Positions 1 to 16,200 of a DNA stretch of 64,000 bases are shown here, piece after piece (position 1 is the first letter of the stretch; each line of letters begins with the position of its first letter). The translations under genes were made by a program, and so were the position numbers. Below the pieces are notes generated by a model. That model had not been told where the DNA came from. It saw only the letters and a list, made by a program, of their open reading frames with translations, and ran no database searches. The DNA comes from the human T2T-CHM13v2.0 reference genome, Homo sapiens. The stretch lies in the NCBI RefSeq assembly GCF_009914755.1, contig NC_060931.1; one strand, 5' to 3'.

Positions 1-604
1 ATGGTAGGTACAGCCTTGAAGAGTAATAAAAGCCTGTTTTAAATGAAGTCTTAAGGATACTGTTTAAGCCCTAGAATGGATAGTCAGATTTTATGTTTAT
101 CCCTTTTGATTATACTTCCATATGTTTCTGGAGAACAGTGTCTGAAAAGTGGTTCATTAAAAAAATTGTATTGGGCTGGGGTAATTTGGGGCTTATTGAC
201 CAAGTCCAGGGGAGCAGGGGTGCCCTATCAGGTGGCCTGGAAGCAGCAAAGCATGGCAGACCTGTCTGCTCTGTTTCCTTGTGCCATGTGGCATGAAATG
301 ACTTCAAAGACTCCCAGTTTGGTTTAATTTAAATAAATATGACTGTTTGTGTGCTTATTAAAAAAGTAGTTGAGAATAAACCAGTAGTTAGGGAACCAAA
401 ATAGATTTTGAAAGGAAAAGGCACTCTACTGAAAGTTCACTTATCTGAATAGCTCCAAGAAAGCTTTCCTGTTTCTGGAAGAGGAGTTGAATGGGACCAC
501 ATACCTAAGAGAAAACAGGAGATCCAGTGAATGTCACCCTTTCTATATTCTATTTTTGTAGTTTGTAGGAATAGCTGTATGTTGGTGCCTAGTATTTTTT
601 ACCA

Positions 605-1000
605 ATGAAATTAAGCATTTATCAAGTGCTTCCCACAAACAAAGGGACTTGGAATTCACATTGTGCATGGAGAAAGAACACAGGAGCATACTCTGAGTGG
701 GGAAGTTTCATAGAAGGCTTCCTAGAGACTATGATTTTAAGCTGAGTCTTGAAAAAGGATGAGTGAGGCAAGGAAGGAAAGTTTGGGTGACCTAGGTTTC
801 CTTGTGGGGTAATGGAGAAGGAGAACATGGATGAGATTCAGGCTTTTCAATAAGGGACCAGCATGTGCAAAATCGCAGGTTGAGATCTTCTGGCCATGTT
901 TTGGAGAATTCTAAGTACAGCTTCTCTGCAATGGAGGGAGTACAAGTTTGGGAACAGCAGAATAGAGGATGAAGAGGTGAGTTGAGGCCAGGCCCGGGAT
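605..1000 (-). mobile_element. Degraded LINE-2 fragment (further pieces likely to ~1780)
   Basis: Purine-rich L2-like tracts (gaaggcttcctagag...gctgagtcttgaa...gaccagcatgtgcaaa); boundaries approximate. Confidence 0.45.
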
Positions 1001-2187
1001 ATCTTTGATGTTTACAGTAAAGGTTTATGGTTTTCAATCCTGGCTACATGTTAGATTCCTCTTCCACTTCCTACTTTTGGAAACTCTGATCCAATTTGTC
1101 TAGAATAAAAGGGCTAGGGGTGGGTGCCTGGTCTGTACCTCAGCCAGTCTATGCACCATTGGTCATTGTGAATGACATGAGCAGGCCAGAAAGAGCACAC
1201 AGTGACAGCTGTGTAGGAAGATGGCTTAAGAAAGGTCCCTACCACAGCCAGGAGAAACAGTCAGTGAGCCTGTTGCAATAGTCCAGGCAGGCGAGAAATA
1301 ACCAGCAGCTTAGCTGAGGCTGGAGTAGAGAGGTTGGAGAGGTAACTGGGAGAAAGCATCTAGAAGGTGTGGGAGGGCACTGAAGAAGGAAAGCCCGGTC
1401 AGCCCTCCACAAAGAGGCTCCAGACAATAACGACTGAGTGTCTTTTGCTTGGGCCCTTAGAAGGCAGCTGTAGCGCAAGAGAGTAAAGTTTTAGTGGAGG
1501 GATGGTGGGGTCAGAAGCCAGATTGCCTTAGTTGAGGAACTTGAACATGCATTCAGAAGCTTGTGAGTTCATTGTGAAGGTAACCCCAGGCAATGACATG
1601 GAGTTCTAGGGATGAAGGGAAAGAACTGGAAAGGTAGGTTGGGGGCATGTTGTGAAGGCTTTGGGTACCAGGGGTAAGTTATTCATAATGGTAAGATCCA
1701 GTTCTTTGCCATTTGACTGATGTTAATGTGAAAAATGAGAGGATTAAGACTAAATAGGAGAAACTAGGCACAGCCAAGGCTCATTAGAAGGCCAATGCCA
1801 TTTTTTATGGTCCTGATGATTTTTAACAGCTATTTTAACAACAGAATGATGAAAATGTGTGGTATTCTTTCTCCCTTGGGATAATGTGGCCACTGAAAAA
1901 GGTCAGAACTAATAGGAAAAATGAGTTTTATTGCTTAACTGTGGATTCAATTAATTTGTGCTCTTCCTGTTTTCATTGCCCCGTGTTCTCAGTTGGCTAA
2001 GCCAAGCTTCTCTACAAGAATATGAATGTTAGGACAAATACTCTGGAGTTCTTTTCCACCCTGAAAATAATTAACATAAAAAAAGCCAAAATATATACAA
2101 AAGAAAAGTGTAGCTGGTTTAGGCTCATTGTTGTATTATTTTAGATGTAAGGAAGAACCATATTGAGCTTTGTCTGATGGTTTACAT

Positions 2188-2406
2188 CAGGGTTTTCAGC
2201 CTTGGCGCAATGAAAATGTTGAGCTGGTTAATTCTTGGTGTGCATTGTAGGATGTTTAGCATCATCCCTGGCCTCTACCCATTAGATGCCTATAGTGCTC
2301 CATATCTTCCAGCTGTGATAACCCAAGATGTCTCCTAATGTTGCCCAGAGTCCCCTGGGTAGGGCTTAGGGTGAAAGGCAAAATCACCCTCACTTGAGAA
2401 CTGCTG
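2188..2406 (-). mobile_element. MER20 hAT-Charlie DNA transposon fossil
   Basis: Matches MER20 (gtgcattgtaggatgtttagc-atccctggcctctacccattagatgcc; ends ttgagaactgctg); degenerate 8-bp TSD gtttacat/gtttaaag. Confidence 0.85.
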
Positions 2407-2809
2407 GTTTAAAGATATCGTAGTGATTTTATCAGAACATTACCACACCTCCCGCTGCAGTACTGATGGTTTTATTGAAGCTTATAAAATCTCAAATGCT
2501 TTTTGTCACTAGAAGAAAACTAATGAATGTTTATAAATCCCTTGTAGGGAGTTTCTTTTAAATATTTAAAGAAAAAAAAAAGCTGCTTTACTGGTTGCTG
2601 CATATTTACCTGACCAGTCATCTAATTATTCCAGTCACTTACTCTTTTATTTAATTACTAGATCTGCTATGATTTAATTTTATATGGACAAATGCTGGTT
2701 TTATTCCTGGGCCATGAAGTCCTCAAAGCAAAGGATATTATGCTGAATTAGAAAATGCTAAAATAATACTAGCAATTTAGACCTGGATGTAAAAATGTAA
2801 TTTTCACAT

Positions 2810-2935
2810 GGCACCTGGATTCTAGTGTTAGTTTCATATCTAATTTCTTCTAATTTGGAGTAAGCCCTTTAGCCTTTTTGTGCAAATTTTCTCATCTGTA
2901 AAAAGAAGGAGATAACTATAATATCTGTAAGTTTG
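2810..2935 (+). mobile_element. MIR fragment
   Basis: MIR core ttttctcatctgtaaaaagaaggagataa. Confidence 0.5.
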
Positions 2936-3169
2936 CTTCTATTCTAAACGTCAACACTTGAATATATTTATATTATTTCATTGAGTTGTTCCTCCTGCTC
3001 CCATAATATACCTCTCAATGCAATTAAACCCAGAATGTGTCCCAGAATGTGGTCCATGGTGCTGGTCTACAATAAGTTGAGTACAAAAATGGACAGTAAA
3101 CAGAAATGTTTAATATAATTTGGTAGTGTATTCTGTGCCTATTACATGTAATAATAAAAGTTGGGCTTA

Positions 3170-3585
<416 letters not shown>

Positions 3586-6173
3586 TGGTCTCTCACTACA
3601 GGGAGTTTGGGAAGCAATGCCTGGATGTATGATGGAAAATTTTGTGTGCATCTCTTTCTACCATGGCCAATAAGAGATAGTATATTCCATCTCTCTGGAA
3701 TTTAAATAAAAATAGGGCAAGATATTGTCTGTTTACCCTATTAGCAGCATAAAGTTGGTGGCAAATAGAATTAATTGTAAAGAAATTTATCTAACAGAAA
3801 ATAAGTCATTTATTTTTGGAGTACATATAAGGTTTTCTTTGATTGTATCTATATCTGAGTCTTCATTTAGCTCGTTAGTTTCATGAATTAAAATAACATG
3901 TGTATCTTAGAACGTAAACCCAAAGAGTGATGAGAATGTCCTTTCTTTAATTATCTTTTTTTCTGAGAGTCCTTACATATGAAATCCATTCTAGTGCTTG
4001 ATATACTGAAGTCTCCATAAGTAGTTGATGGTAGTGAGGGTAGGTGAAGAATGAAAAGGTGTGGATTACATATACTAAAGAGATTTTCACAGATGTTTTG
4101 GAGTCTATTTAGTCAGTCAGATTCATCCATCATTTGAGAAGGTTTGTTATATGGACTCAGATGTGATAGAATGACACGTAAACAAGGGTGGTTAAGCAAT
4201 GGGGCACTTCACAATGTGACCTTCGTCCAATTTTCCAGTATTATTGTCCAATCTTTCTTTATGTGGTAAATTATGGTGGAGGAACAAGGCTTCCCACTGA
4301 CAGTTATTTGAAGCAGAAAACACTGTTGGGTTCCTTGCACTGTGGACCATTTATTCCAATACCTTTTATCCCATAAAGAGTGGAATAATCCAGACAGCCT
4401 GGTGCTCCTCCTGGGAGCCCTTTGCACATGACCTGGCATTGCTTGGGAACAGCCTGTTAACCCTGGCTCACATGGATTTTGTAGCACACTTCCTCCTCTA
4501 AAACAAAAAAGGCAGGATCTTTGCTTGCACTATTAGCAGCAAAAAATCACCCTTTCTTTCAGTTTTTTAATTCAGATAATGAAAATATATAACATATTCG
4601 GAAACTCCACTGGCAGACTTGGCAGGCGTTTCATATTTACTTGGACTTAACATGAATTGGATTTGGTTCTCTGATTTCCCTGCCTCCATCTCTCGGAACA
4701 AGTTATTTATTATCTGAATGAGTCTGTGTTAGTGGATCAGACATGCACATGGCACGTCTCTTGTAAGCGCGTTTGTTCAGTAAGATTTATGCTAGCCCAA
4801 ATTGTTTTATATTGGTTTTCATTGTTGAAAATTTACTGTATTCATTCTCGATTTGGCATAAGTATTTGTAGTGTGCTAGGGGTTCCTGTGGTTGAACATT
4901 TTATCTCTGTAACACTTCATGCAAAGGAAATTAAAAAATATATAGTGAAAGCATTTCCCTAATGTGTTTCCAATCAACTGTGTACTTTAGTAATTTGATT
5001 TGTAGGAACTAGAGAGCAGAGTATTACTGAGCCCTTTTCAATCATTCATAATTCTTTGGGAATTCAGATCATAGTTCCAAGTTTATGAAAACATCTATTG
5101 AATTTTTTCTAAGTCCTTTGTTATTCTGCTTGAATGTATTAACAGGGATTTTTTTTTTTAACCACAGCATTATCTAAAAGTTCTCATGGAAGGAGTGAGT
5201 CTCTCTTCTGTCTTGGACAAGAAAAACTTGATGTGAATTGAGGTTGATTAGCTTGCCAGAAATCAGTCATTGAAACAGAGAGCCAGACCCTTTTATTTCT
5301 GCATTATCACATGTGTGTGTTCCTGCTTCTGTACTTTTTGTATTAAGCAATCCAGACTATGTATTGGTAAATCTCTTTGCCTAGTGGGCTTCTAAGGATA
5401 CAGTGACTATAGGCATCGCCAAGTGTGTCTTCCTAGATCGTGTAACCCACAGTGTGGAGGGTTATTTGTAGAAACTGACTCAAGACCTAGGCTGTGATTT
5501 CCACACTATTGTTTCTTTGGCCTTTTCCCACAGAGACTCAAGCTAACTGGCTTATTTCTTCTTTTGAAGATCTCTGGCCTTTGACTTCTGTTTTTGCCAA
5601 TGAATAACATGTGATAATCCATACTTGGGTAGTTTCAGATTCGCTTAGTCTAATTTACTACCTAAAAGTAATATAAAAAGTAAGTATGAAATTATAGCTC
5701 TTAGAATTGGAGGTAAGGGTTGGAAGGTTTTATCTAGGGAAGACAGTAGCTCATCAACAATCTTAGATGAGTATAGAATTTTGCGTTCAAGTCCTATATT
5801 TTAATTTTCTGCTTTTATTTTCTATCATGTTTTAAGCTTCACTTTTGATCTTGAATTAATTTAATCTCATGTAAGATCCCTTTTAATAGTGGTGTTTTTA
5901 GCTCTGTTACTCCTCATACATCATTAGGCATAAATCAAGTCACGAGGTTATACATTTTGGCCATGAGAGTTCATCAATCTATGGCTTTGCACTTGATAAT
6001 ATAATTCAGGAGGTTAATCTTCTCAGTAGTCAATGAATTAATGTAAGTGAATGTCAAGTGGATACTTAGAAGGCTTAGTTGTGTTTTGGGGAAAAATAGC
6101 CAAAGAGCATGGTGGTTCCTTTGATCGCTAATCTGGGCTTAGAGAACATAACTTATTTTGCTCCAAAAGGTAA

Positions 6174-6338
<165 letters not shown>

Positions 6339-8274
6339 TAAAAAGGAATCCATAGAGTCCTCTTTAGTCACCCCTTCACACAACATAGAACAAAACCCTA
6401 AAAAGGCCAAACAGAAATGAAAAAAACAATGAAAAAGCAACTGTATCCTTGTGTGTACTTACTGTGTCACCATAACGAGACAGGTGCAGCATAGATATTG
6501 TGTAGAACTTGCTTCCAGAAACACACAGTGGAATTGTCCACCATTGTTAAATTGTGCCTGGGAAAACTCCAGGAAGATGCACATGTCCTTGGGGAAAATT
6601 CATGTCTTCCTGTGAAGTCATCTTTGAGCAAAACATGAATTCCTCTTAGCAGAAAGCGGGTATTGTTAAAGGATGTATGTTTCACTTCTTTGATTTAGAA
6701 AGATTTTGAACTGGATCCAATCTGTAAACTATTACATTGAAGCAATTAGTATACTGTAACTCGATGATTTCAACCTGACAAATTAAAAAACCACCAATTC
6801 AGCAACTAGGGAGTCCACTGTGGTTGATCCTATTGAACTCTGAAAAGAGCAGTGATTCCACATGGCTCTAACCCCATCAGGTGTTAAACACAGCAAGATA
6901 AACTAAAGCAGAAATGAAAAGCCTAAATTTTCAAACTCCTCCTTTAAAAAAACAAGCAAACAAAAACTTTTTATAAATAATCTGCCACAAATTATGCTCA
7001 TCTAATTTTGACAAAACTTAAAATTTCTTCTTCGTAGAAAAGGTGCTGTTAAATCATTTTATCCCTAACCCTATTTCGTTGTCCAAGGATATGCTTTTGC
7101 ATTTAAAGGAAATTGAAAGGTTAGTATAATAATGGATATTTCTCTTTGCTCTTATCTTAAGCATAGTGACATTTAGTTTACTGAAATCTAAATTTTAGGT
7201 AGTTATATTCCTATTATATGCCATGATAGGTATGCTCATTCATAAGACCTTCAGCTATTTATTCAGTTAAATATTCAGCTTATTTATATAGGAAATCTGT
7301 TGCTTGTTAAAATAAGCAGTAGGTAAACACATATAAATAATACATTATTAAATCAACAAATATTTGCTGGATTTTTATTCCAGGTTGTTGCAGGTTCAAT
7401 CAGTGTCATACTGCAAAGGGATGAGAGCAATAAGTTTCCATAACATCAAAATCCCACATTTGTTTCAAAATTTATACCACTTCACCCATGCCCTGCCTCT
7501 TGACCAGCAAAATTTCCACTCTTTGGTAGAGCACTCAGAAAACCAAAGCCATGGTTACAATGCTAAACAAGACAATCACATATCCTCTGGAGTCTAGCAT
7601 AGTATTCCTATGTAACAGTCAGAGGTTTTGAAGTTCCTTAAGTTGCATGGACCAGTCATGGGTGAATTTTGCTGCCTTTGGATGAAGACTTTGTTTAAAT
7701 TAAGTAGAAGCTATTATATGGGAGGGACTATTTTGTTGACTGAATAACACATTAAGCCATTATCCATTGTTAACCCTGAACCTCCAATTGCCTAGCGTCT
7801 CTGGTCAGTAGGGCCCAGAAAGAGTGATGCAGGAATCTCTAATTACTGTTGAAAGAGATCTTAAAGTCCAGCAGCCTTGGGAGTCAGGAGATGCTGACCT
7901 GTAAAATGGGGAAGAGAAAGTTGATGTTACCTACCCAAGAGGAAGTTTGCCTTTCAGTTTTTCCTCCTTTCTAAAACCTTGCCTGTGCCCTGCTAGCTAG
8001 GATAATATTTTATTCAATACGCAGAAAAGCAACCTGCGGTGAAGGGACCTACCAAAGGCTGCTCCTTTGCTCAGCTGGGACCTTCCCTTTCCTGACTTGC
8101 TTCCTTCTTTAGGTATGAGACCTCATCTTGGAATGCAGGAAATTACCATTTATTGGCACCTGTCAGGGAAGTCTTCTTGCTTCTCTGCAGAATGGCACAA
8201 TGGCAACCTCTCTTTGCATGCTCTTCTTTTCTCAGGGCACAAAATCAGTAGCAGAGGATACAGCGTAGGGCAGT

Positions 8275-8420
8275 AGGTGAAATATGGATTCTGCCACTCA
8301 CATAACTTGCTACTTAACCTCGCTGTACCTCACTTTAACTACCTATAAAACAGAAATAGTACTCTCTTCAGGGAGAGTTGTAAGCAGAAAGCCAAACTGT
8401 TAAAAATGCTTCTGGTAGAG
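8275..8420 (+). mobile_element. MIR fragment
   Basis: ctgccactcacataac...tacttaacctcgctgtacctcac...ctataaaacagaaatagt. Confidence 0.5.
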
Positions 8421-9110
8421 CGCCTGCATGGACTGGGTACAACAAGGTCTCAGACAGATGACAGGAAGTCTAATGATCTGGCCTAGTTCCATTTGAATTG
8501 AATTCTACCTGTTTCTTATATCTTCCTACCAAGGGAGCTCTGATGGTGAGAAATTTACCTTTATTTTCCTGCTTTTAATTTCTTATGGGAAGAGGAAAAT
8601 TTGAAGATCATGGACAGGAAATTCATGCTGGGAACTAACCTGAATCCTCCATCTGGATTGCAGATACCAAAGAAAAATTGGTTTGGGGCCATGCATAGCT
8701 TTTTGCATTGCTTCAGTTATGTAACTAAAGCATGGATCTTTTTGTGATGTTATATATTGCTAGTACTTTAGTTGTTTTATTCTTTCCCATGTGATTTAAG
8801 CCATAACCAATTCTCCAGTGAGTGGAAACCTCAGGCCTGACATGATATGAAAACATTAAGGATGTAGCCCTCCTTGTTGGGTTGAGATGATGTGGTAGCA
8901 GACACGATGAAGAAAATGACCTAGTTGTTAATTTGTTATATTTGTTTTCATCCTGTGCCACCCATCCCATCACAGACAGCAACAAAAACCAAACCAAAAA
9001 TGAAACACAAATCCATTTACAAAATGGGTGGAGAATCTGGAGAAAGCCCTTCAAAGGCCAACTGTGAAAATTAATTCTAAAAATATTTCAATTGACATTA
9101 AGGTGATTAG

Positions 9111-9448
<338 letters not shown>

Positions 9449-10051
9449 ACTTGATTTTATTATTAAGCCCTAAAGTCCCTATTTTGACATATATAATATG
9501 AACTTAAAAATAGTTTTGTCTAATCCCTTCCTTTGATGCTTGAGGAAGACTGAGACCCAGGCTCTGTGTGAGGCAGAGTGACATTTCTAAGATTGCAGAG
9601 CTGGCCTAGTTATTTCTAGAAGGTTGGTAAGGATTTAGGATCTCCAGGTGCTAGTCTGGGTTAAGATGCTTATATGCTGTGCCTCACCATTAATGGCTTG
9701 ACATGAATAACAATGATAGAAAGTACAGGAAGTGTGGAAAACCTAAAACAATTGTGAATGAGCAGCTAGATTCTGTTGGGTACTTACTGACAGCAAGAAG
9801 GTCTTAAAAACTAGATTTAAAAGGAAGCAAGAAATTAGGGCCAAAGAGAAAGCAAAGACGGGGGAAAATAAGAGGTGACAGATTTGCACTGAGTTCTACA
9901 GCATTGATTGGGGTGAGCCTGGATCTCACCTCGTTGGTGTCTCATACCTCTCGCCCTGACACCCACCAAACCTTGTGGTTTTTGTGCTTGAGCACTTCTC
10001 CTACTTAGGTCACTTTCCAAAAGTAGTAACTCCGTGGGAATTCTGGGCTGA

Positions 10052-10225
<174 letters not shown>

Positions 10226-11391
10226 TGAATCTCCCAACCCCTCTTGTTGGAAATTTTCCTCACTTTACATCTGTGTACCTAATGGGTTTAGAGAGCGAGC
10301 TCCTTTGCATAGAAATATCCGCTTGGCTGCCTCGGTGTGCCCAGCATGAATGCAATGTGCTGGAGGTCCTGGCATGGGGGTTCTCCAGGCTCCGAGGCCT
10401 GCTTTCCACTCCACAGGGCCACAGGTAATGCTTATTTTGGAAGAAAAGGCTGTGGCTTTCTCTGGCTTCCAGAGATGTCTTTTTACTGCTTCATATTGCA
10501 AAATCCTGGCCAGAGCTCGCCATGGTGATGAGGTGACCAGATGTTTTCTGAAAACTGAGAGCTGTGTCCCTAAGTGAATTTAGCTTAGGGTTTTGCTGGT
10601 CTCAGTTTTCCATGTGGTTCAACAAGGTGGACCCTCTTGTCTTTTTTAGAGGGCCCTGCTTCCTAGCTGACAGCAAAAGGATCTTTCCTTTGCAGCGGCT
10701 GGAACGTTTCCTTTTACTTTTCTGAACAGGATTACAAAGGCCTCCTGCATCTTTTCCTGCCCTTACATACAAGCCTGGGGCTTTTGAGGTGAGAGATTTT
10801 TTTCTGATCTCTTAAGCCACTGGCCAATAATCTCTGACAGGTGTTCTGCATTTTGTTTTTTTTGTTTTTTTGTTTTTTTTTTTCTGAGTGCTTTTCCTCA
10901 AGAGTGGTGATACGACTACTGCTCTGCTTTTGAGGTTAATCTCCAAAGGGCCTTCTGTTCTTGGAAACTTCCTGTGAAGTGGCTAAGTCACCACTGGACG
11001 CTCTGCAGAGATGAGCTCCTGCTCCATTCTCAGGCACCTGTCACTTTCCTCCATGCAGTCTCAAAGGCATGGTCCCTTTCAGAGTTCAGCCTTTTCTCAC
11101 CCTTGAATGACAAGGATAGCCAGCTTCCACTTACGTCTAACCCTCCTCAGCAACCTGGGCTGTCTTTATTCAGCCTCTTTTTCACACTGGGATTTCTGTA
11201 AAGCTTGTATTGTTCATGAGCTTACATGAAAGCCAAAAACTGGTTGAAAGTAAAATTATTTTTTCCATTATCCAGTTGTTCTGTGTCTATCAAGCAGAGA
11301 TTGCTTGAGTGCTTTTCTCTCTGAATGCTGTGAAAGGTTTGTATTGCCTAACCGTATCCTTAGATGCCTACAGTATCTTTATTCAATGAGA

Positions 11392-11555
11392 TCAGTAGTT
11401 GTCCAGGCTGCACACCAGAGTCACCTGAAAAATCCTTAAAAAAATCAATCTTGATGATCAAGCTGCATCCCAGACCAATTCCATCAGAATCTCTGAGGAA
11501 CACTCGGGTCTCAGATCTCCCAGATAATTTCTGTACACAGCCAACCCTGACATTG
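11392..11555. mobile_element. MER5-family hAT fossil
   Basis: ggctgcacaccagagtcacctg...cccagaccaattccatcagaatctctg...ctcccagataatttctgtacacagcc. Confidence 0.6.
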
Positions 11556-11602
11556 ATAACAGAGCATATTTTATACACCATATAGATTTAAAAATATCAT
11601 AG

Positions 11603-11952
<350 letters not shown>

Positions 11953-13844
11953 GACTATGGCTTTATTGACACAGAATCAACTCAGAGCTGCCCTCTCCTC
12001 ATAACCATGGGATCTGTCATGGACCAACAATAATGAAATGGAACACTTCAAGCCCAAGACCTCCCACCCTGTAGAACATTCTCCTCACTTAGGAGATAGT
12101 CATATTTTCAGGCTGCCTTTGAAACTGTGGGTACACAAACAGCAGAGCGATCTATTTCAGCAGTTGAAGTTGTATTTGAGCCATTATTTCTTCCACTCTC
12201 TTTTTGGTTGAGTTTCTAGGAAGGAAAGGGCTGAACTCCATGACTGCTCATATTACAGTGCTAAGTCCTCACAGCCATCCACTGTTTATACACAAGAAGA
12301 AACTAGGCCCACCAAGAGTAAGCGCCTGCCTGAGGTCCGTGAGTGAGTAAGGGCCAAAGGTGAGGTTGGGATCTGGCCCTTTCTCTTTTCTGGCCACCAC
12401 AGGGCACTACCTCCCATGCCCACACACACCGCGAGAATTGAGAAGCTTAGGTCCAGGTGTTCTGGAAGGCAAATCTTTAAGAATTGGCATGCCAGTGCCA
12501 CCCACCAGCCCCCTGACACCTTGGCAGGCTCTGTGTCCTCAATTACGGGATCATGAATCAATTTCATTCCCTCGCCTTAATTCCAAAGGCCAACCTTTGG
12601 GATGCAAATTGGAGGATCCAGAAGGAACTGTATCCACAAGGCATTATCTTTTGTCTTATGAGGGAGGCTTCAGGCAAATCTAGGGAGGGAGAGTCAAGAG
12701 AAGCCTTGGGTATCTTCCTTGGTCACTCAGAAGGACTGGCATTGACCAGGGAATGATATTCTGTGTAATGACAAACACGTAGTCTGTGGTCAGTTTCTTC
12801 CCGAAGCAGATTTTAGGGCATTCTTGGTCGACTGCTCCTTCCTTTTCATTGGGCTCTTTGCTCAGGAATGGTGGGTTGTGATGGAAACAGTTTGCATAGA
12901 ATTTTCATTTAAAATTCATTTAAGTGGTCAAGTGTAGATTGTTGTAGTTAATCTGGCAATCCGTGTGACAAAATCAGTGCTACAAACCTGTATGAAAGAA
13001 TTAAAGCTGCCTTGTTGGAAGTACACCTTAAAGAGAGACGAGTGGGCATCTGCCATAGTAACAGTGCTGAGATACAGCCACTAGGAGGGCCCCACACTTA
13101 CCAGGCCTTCTGGCATCACTGAGAATACCAAGGAGCTGGTTGATTGCTAACTCTGCAAGTCAGTAGCATACAGATCTTATGCCTGGGGCATTTTTTAAAC
13201 CACGGTTTCACTTGGTAATGCAACTTCAGGCTCAGTAGCACTTGTCTGCATGTCTTCCATTTAACAAAGGGCTCTGTATCCAGCTTAAGATGAATAAGGT
13301 CAGTGGCCAGATCAGTTGGATGTAATGCCCATTCTTCTTTGTCAAGAACCAGCTGCTCCAAGAGCTTGGTGGGTTCTGCAGATGGCTTTAGCTGGCAGGC
13401 CTTGAACACTCATTCTCAGGGGCATGGAGCAGTCTTTCACAAGACCCTGCTTTGGCTAAGTTTTGCCCACTGCTAGCTTTGCTCCCAGCACCGTCTTCCA
13501 TGGAGAAAGTGACCTCAGCTGTCCTGGTCCAGCACCTTGTGAGGTCAGTCCTGAGGAATGTGGCTTTGCTGTTAACTCATAGTTATCCCATGGCCTGTGT
13601 GACATGGGGCCTGTCTGGTTTGTGCATCATGCCATTTATGACCTCTCTTTGGAATCTGGCAGTGTCCTGGGCATCTTTCTGAATAGGGAACACCTCCTGG
13701 GTTTTGGTCCTATTATTAGCTCAAACTTGGAGGGGGCCACAGTCCCTTTAACAGAGAGCGTGGGGCTGAAAACCCGTATGATACCTCCTGTCCTGCCTCT
13801 GCCCCTTCTTGCCTTTGTACCTGGCCCTCTGAACAGTGCAGCAG

Positions 13845-14045
13845 ATGGGTCAGAACTGATTTTGAATTCTAGCTCTGCCACCTGCCAGCTGGGGTGAGTT
13901 ACTTTCCCCTCTGAGCCACGTTTTCCTTATTTGTGAAAAGAGTGATGAAAGTCCCTACTTTGTAGGATCATTGGGGATGTGGAGTGAGATTGGGGTACCT
14001 AGGACGCGATAGAGGCTGTGCCCTTCTTAGGTACTCATTGAATGG
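13845..14045 (+). mobile_element. MIR
   Basis: ttgaattctagctctgccacc...ttactttcccctctgagccacgttttccttatttgtgaaa. Confidence 0.65.
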
Positions 14046-14430
14046 GGCCCCTGGTGTCATCTGCTCCAAGCCCATGGTTGACTTCTCTCCCTTGGCCTTC
14101 CATCTGCCTCCTCTGGCCCCCCTGGGTTTGGTCCCTCTGGCAGTGGGCAGCATGATCACCATGCAGCTCCCGGACCCCAAGCACGGCTCTCTATGCTGCA
14201 CTACTTCCCCTTGGGCTGACCTGGGTTCCACTGTCTTATTTGTTTTCCAGCATCTTTGGGGTTTCAGGTCCCATGCCCATCGTTTGCCTCTGTTTTTTTC
14301 TTTTCACTATGCAGCAATCTTGTCCACTGGTTGAAGAGGACACTCAGCTGTGTGGAGGTGGGCAACGGATGAACTGTGGATAGAAGGATTGTGTCAGGTT
14401 GAACGATGATGGCTGTTGCCCTAATTCTAA

Positions 14431-14640
<210 letters not shown>

Positions 14641-14689
14641 TAAAAGTCCGTCCCTCCTGATGTGGAGCCGAGGGAAAAGCTCATCCACC

Positions 14690-14886
14690 TGGCTCAGCAC
14701 TACTGACATTCTGGGCTGGGAAATTCTTCTTCATGGGCCTGTCCTGTGTGTTGCAGGATGTTTAGCAAGGTCCCCTGGCTCCACCAACTGGATGCCAGTA
14801 AACCCCTCCAGCTATATCACCACCAATGTCTGCAGACCACCCAATGGGCCATGGAGGCCAAACTTGCTCCTGATTGAGGAACTCTG
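14690..14886 (-). mobile_element. MER20 fossil ~160 bp downstream of the last exon
   Basis: ctcagcactactgacattctgggctggg...gtcctgtgtgttgcaggatgtttagca...ggatgccagta matches MER20. Confidence 0.8.
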
Positions 14887-15711
14887 CTCTGAAGCATGAG
14901 GGAGAGGCTGCCTTTCCTCCACGTGCCTCCTTTTTTGGGGGAAAGCATGGATTTTCTGTTCCTCAGGGGCTGAGGACCTTCTTGCTGAGGCAGCTGCTTG
15001 GTTCTTTAGTGCAGCCAAATAAGAAGCAATGGGGACAAACACAGCTTGCTTCTGTGCGTCCTGAGGGGTGAGAACCTGGTCTGAGGGCTGATCAGTTACA
15101 GGTTGCAGAGTGGATAGGAGGAAATCGCCTGAAATGGTGATAGGAGGAATCAGTGAGACAAAGTCACAGGCTTGTCTTTCTAAGCATTGCTGAATTCTAA
15201 GCCATATACTAACGATCTCTCCAGCATGCTTAGATATAAAAAAGAACTTGGCACATGCTACAATTGTAAAGGGATCTCTTTAATTAATATATGTTAAATT
15301 TAGGGTGAAATCAGTGGTGGTGGTAGTGATGGGGAATCTAGTCTTAACCAGCTGCTCCAAGTCATTTACAGTAGGGAGTTAGTACAACCATCTATTTTTT
15401 AAGCTTTTAATCTGTTATAATAAAGAACATACATTTTCCAAGTCACTTGTGACTCACTATGCATCTCAGAATATTAAAAGGAAAATACATGGGGAACTCT
15501 AGCATGCTAATTTCACCAAAGCAGAATCATATTTGGATCATCATAAACCATAGCATTTGTCATTTCTCTACATGTCTTTTCGAAAATCTTTCCTCCTTCC
15601 CTCAGCACACATGCACCCAACCTAGAGAATACAGATTAGAGGAAATATGACGAAATGTGATGGCTTTTGTATGGGGGAGAAGGAGGTAAAAAAGGAAGGG
15701 AGGGAGGAAGA

Positions 15712-15800
15712 GAGTATATATGTATATCTCTATATATCTAGATATAAAACATATGTAATATACATAATATACATCAGGTATATAATAATATATAAAAAAC
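15712..15800. repeat. (TA)-rich low-complexity tract
   Basis: Direct inspection. Confidence 0.7.
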
Positions 15801-15896
15801 ACAAAGTAATGTACTCATGAAAATGAGCATGAGCTTGCATATTCCAACTCAACCTCCATGTTGTTCCTCTCCTGCTAATTATGACTAAATAGCTTT

Positions 15897-16200
15897 ATTT
15901 TTTATTTTTTTATTTTTTGAGACAGAGTCTTGCTCTGTCTCCCAGGCTGCAGTGCAGTGGCACTATGTCAGCTCCCTGCAGCCTCTGACTCCCAGGTTCA
16001 AGTGATTCTCCTGCCTCAGCCTCCCAAGTAGCTGGGATTACAGGTGTGCGCCACCAGGCCTGGCTAATTTTTGTATTTTTAGTAGAAATGGGGTTCCACC
16101 ATGTCAGCCAGGCTGGTCTCGAACTCCTGACCTCAAGTGATCTACCCACCTCAGCCTCCCAAAGTGCTGGGATTACAGGTGTGAGCCGCTATGCCTGGCC
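15897..16200 (-). mobile_element. AluS (Sx/Sz-like), full length, antisense to gene
   Basis: Complete dimer; degenerate TSD taaatagcttt/tgaatagtttt. Confidence 0.95.
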
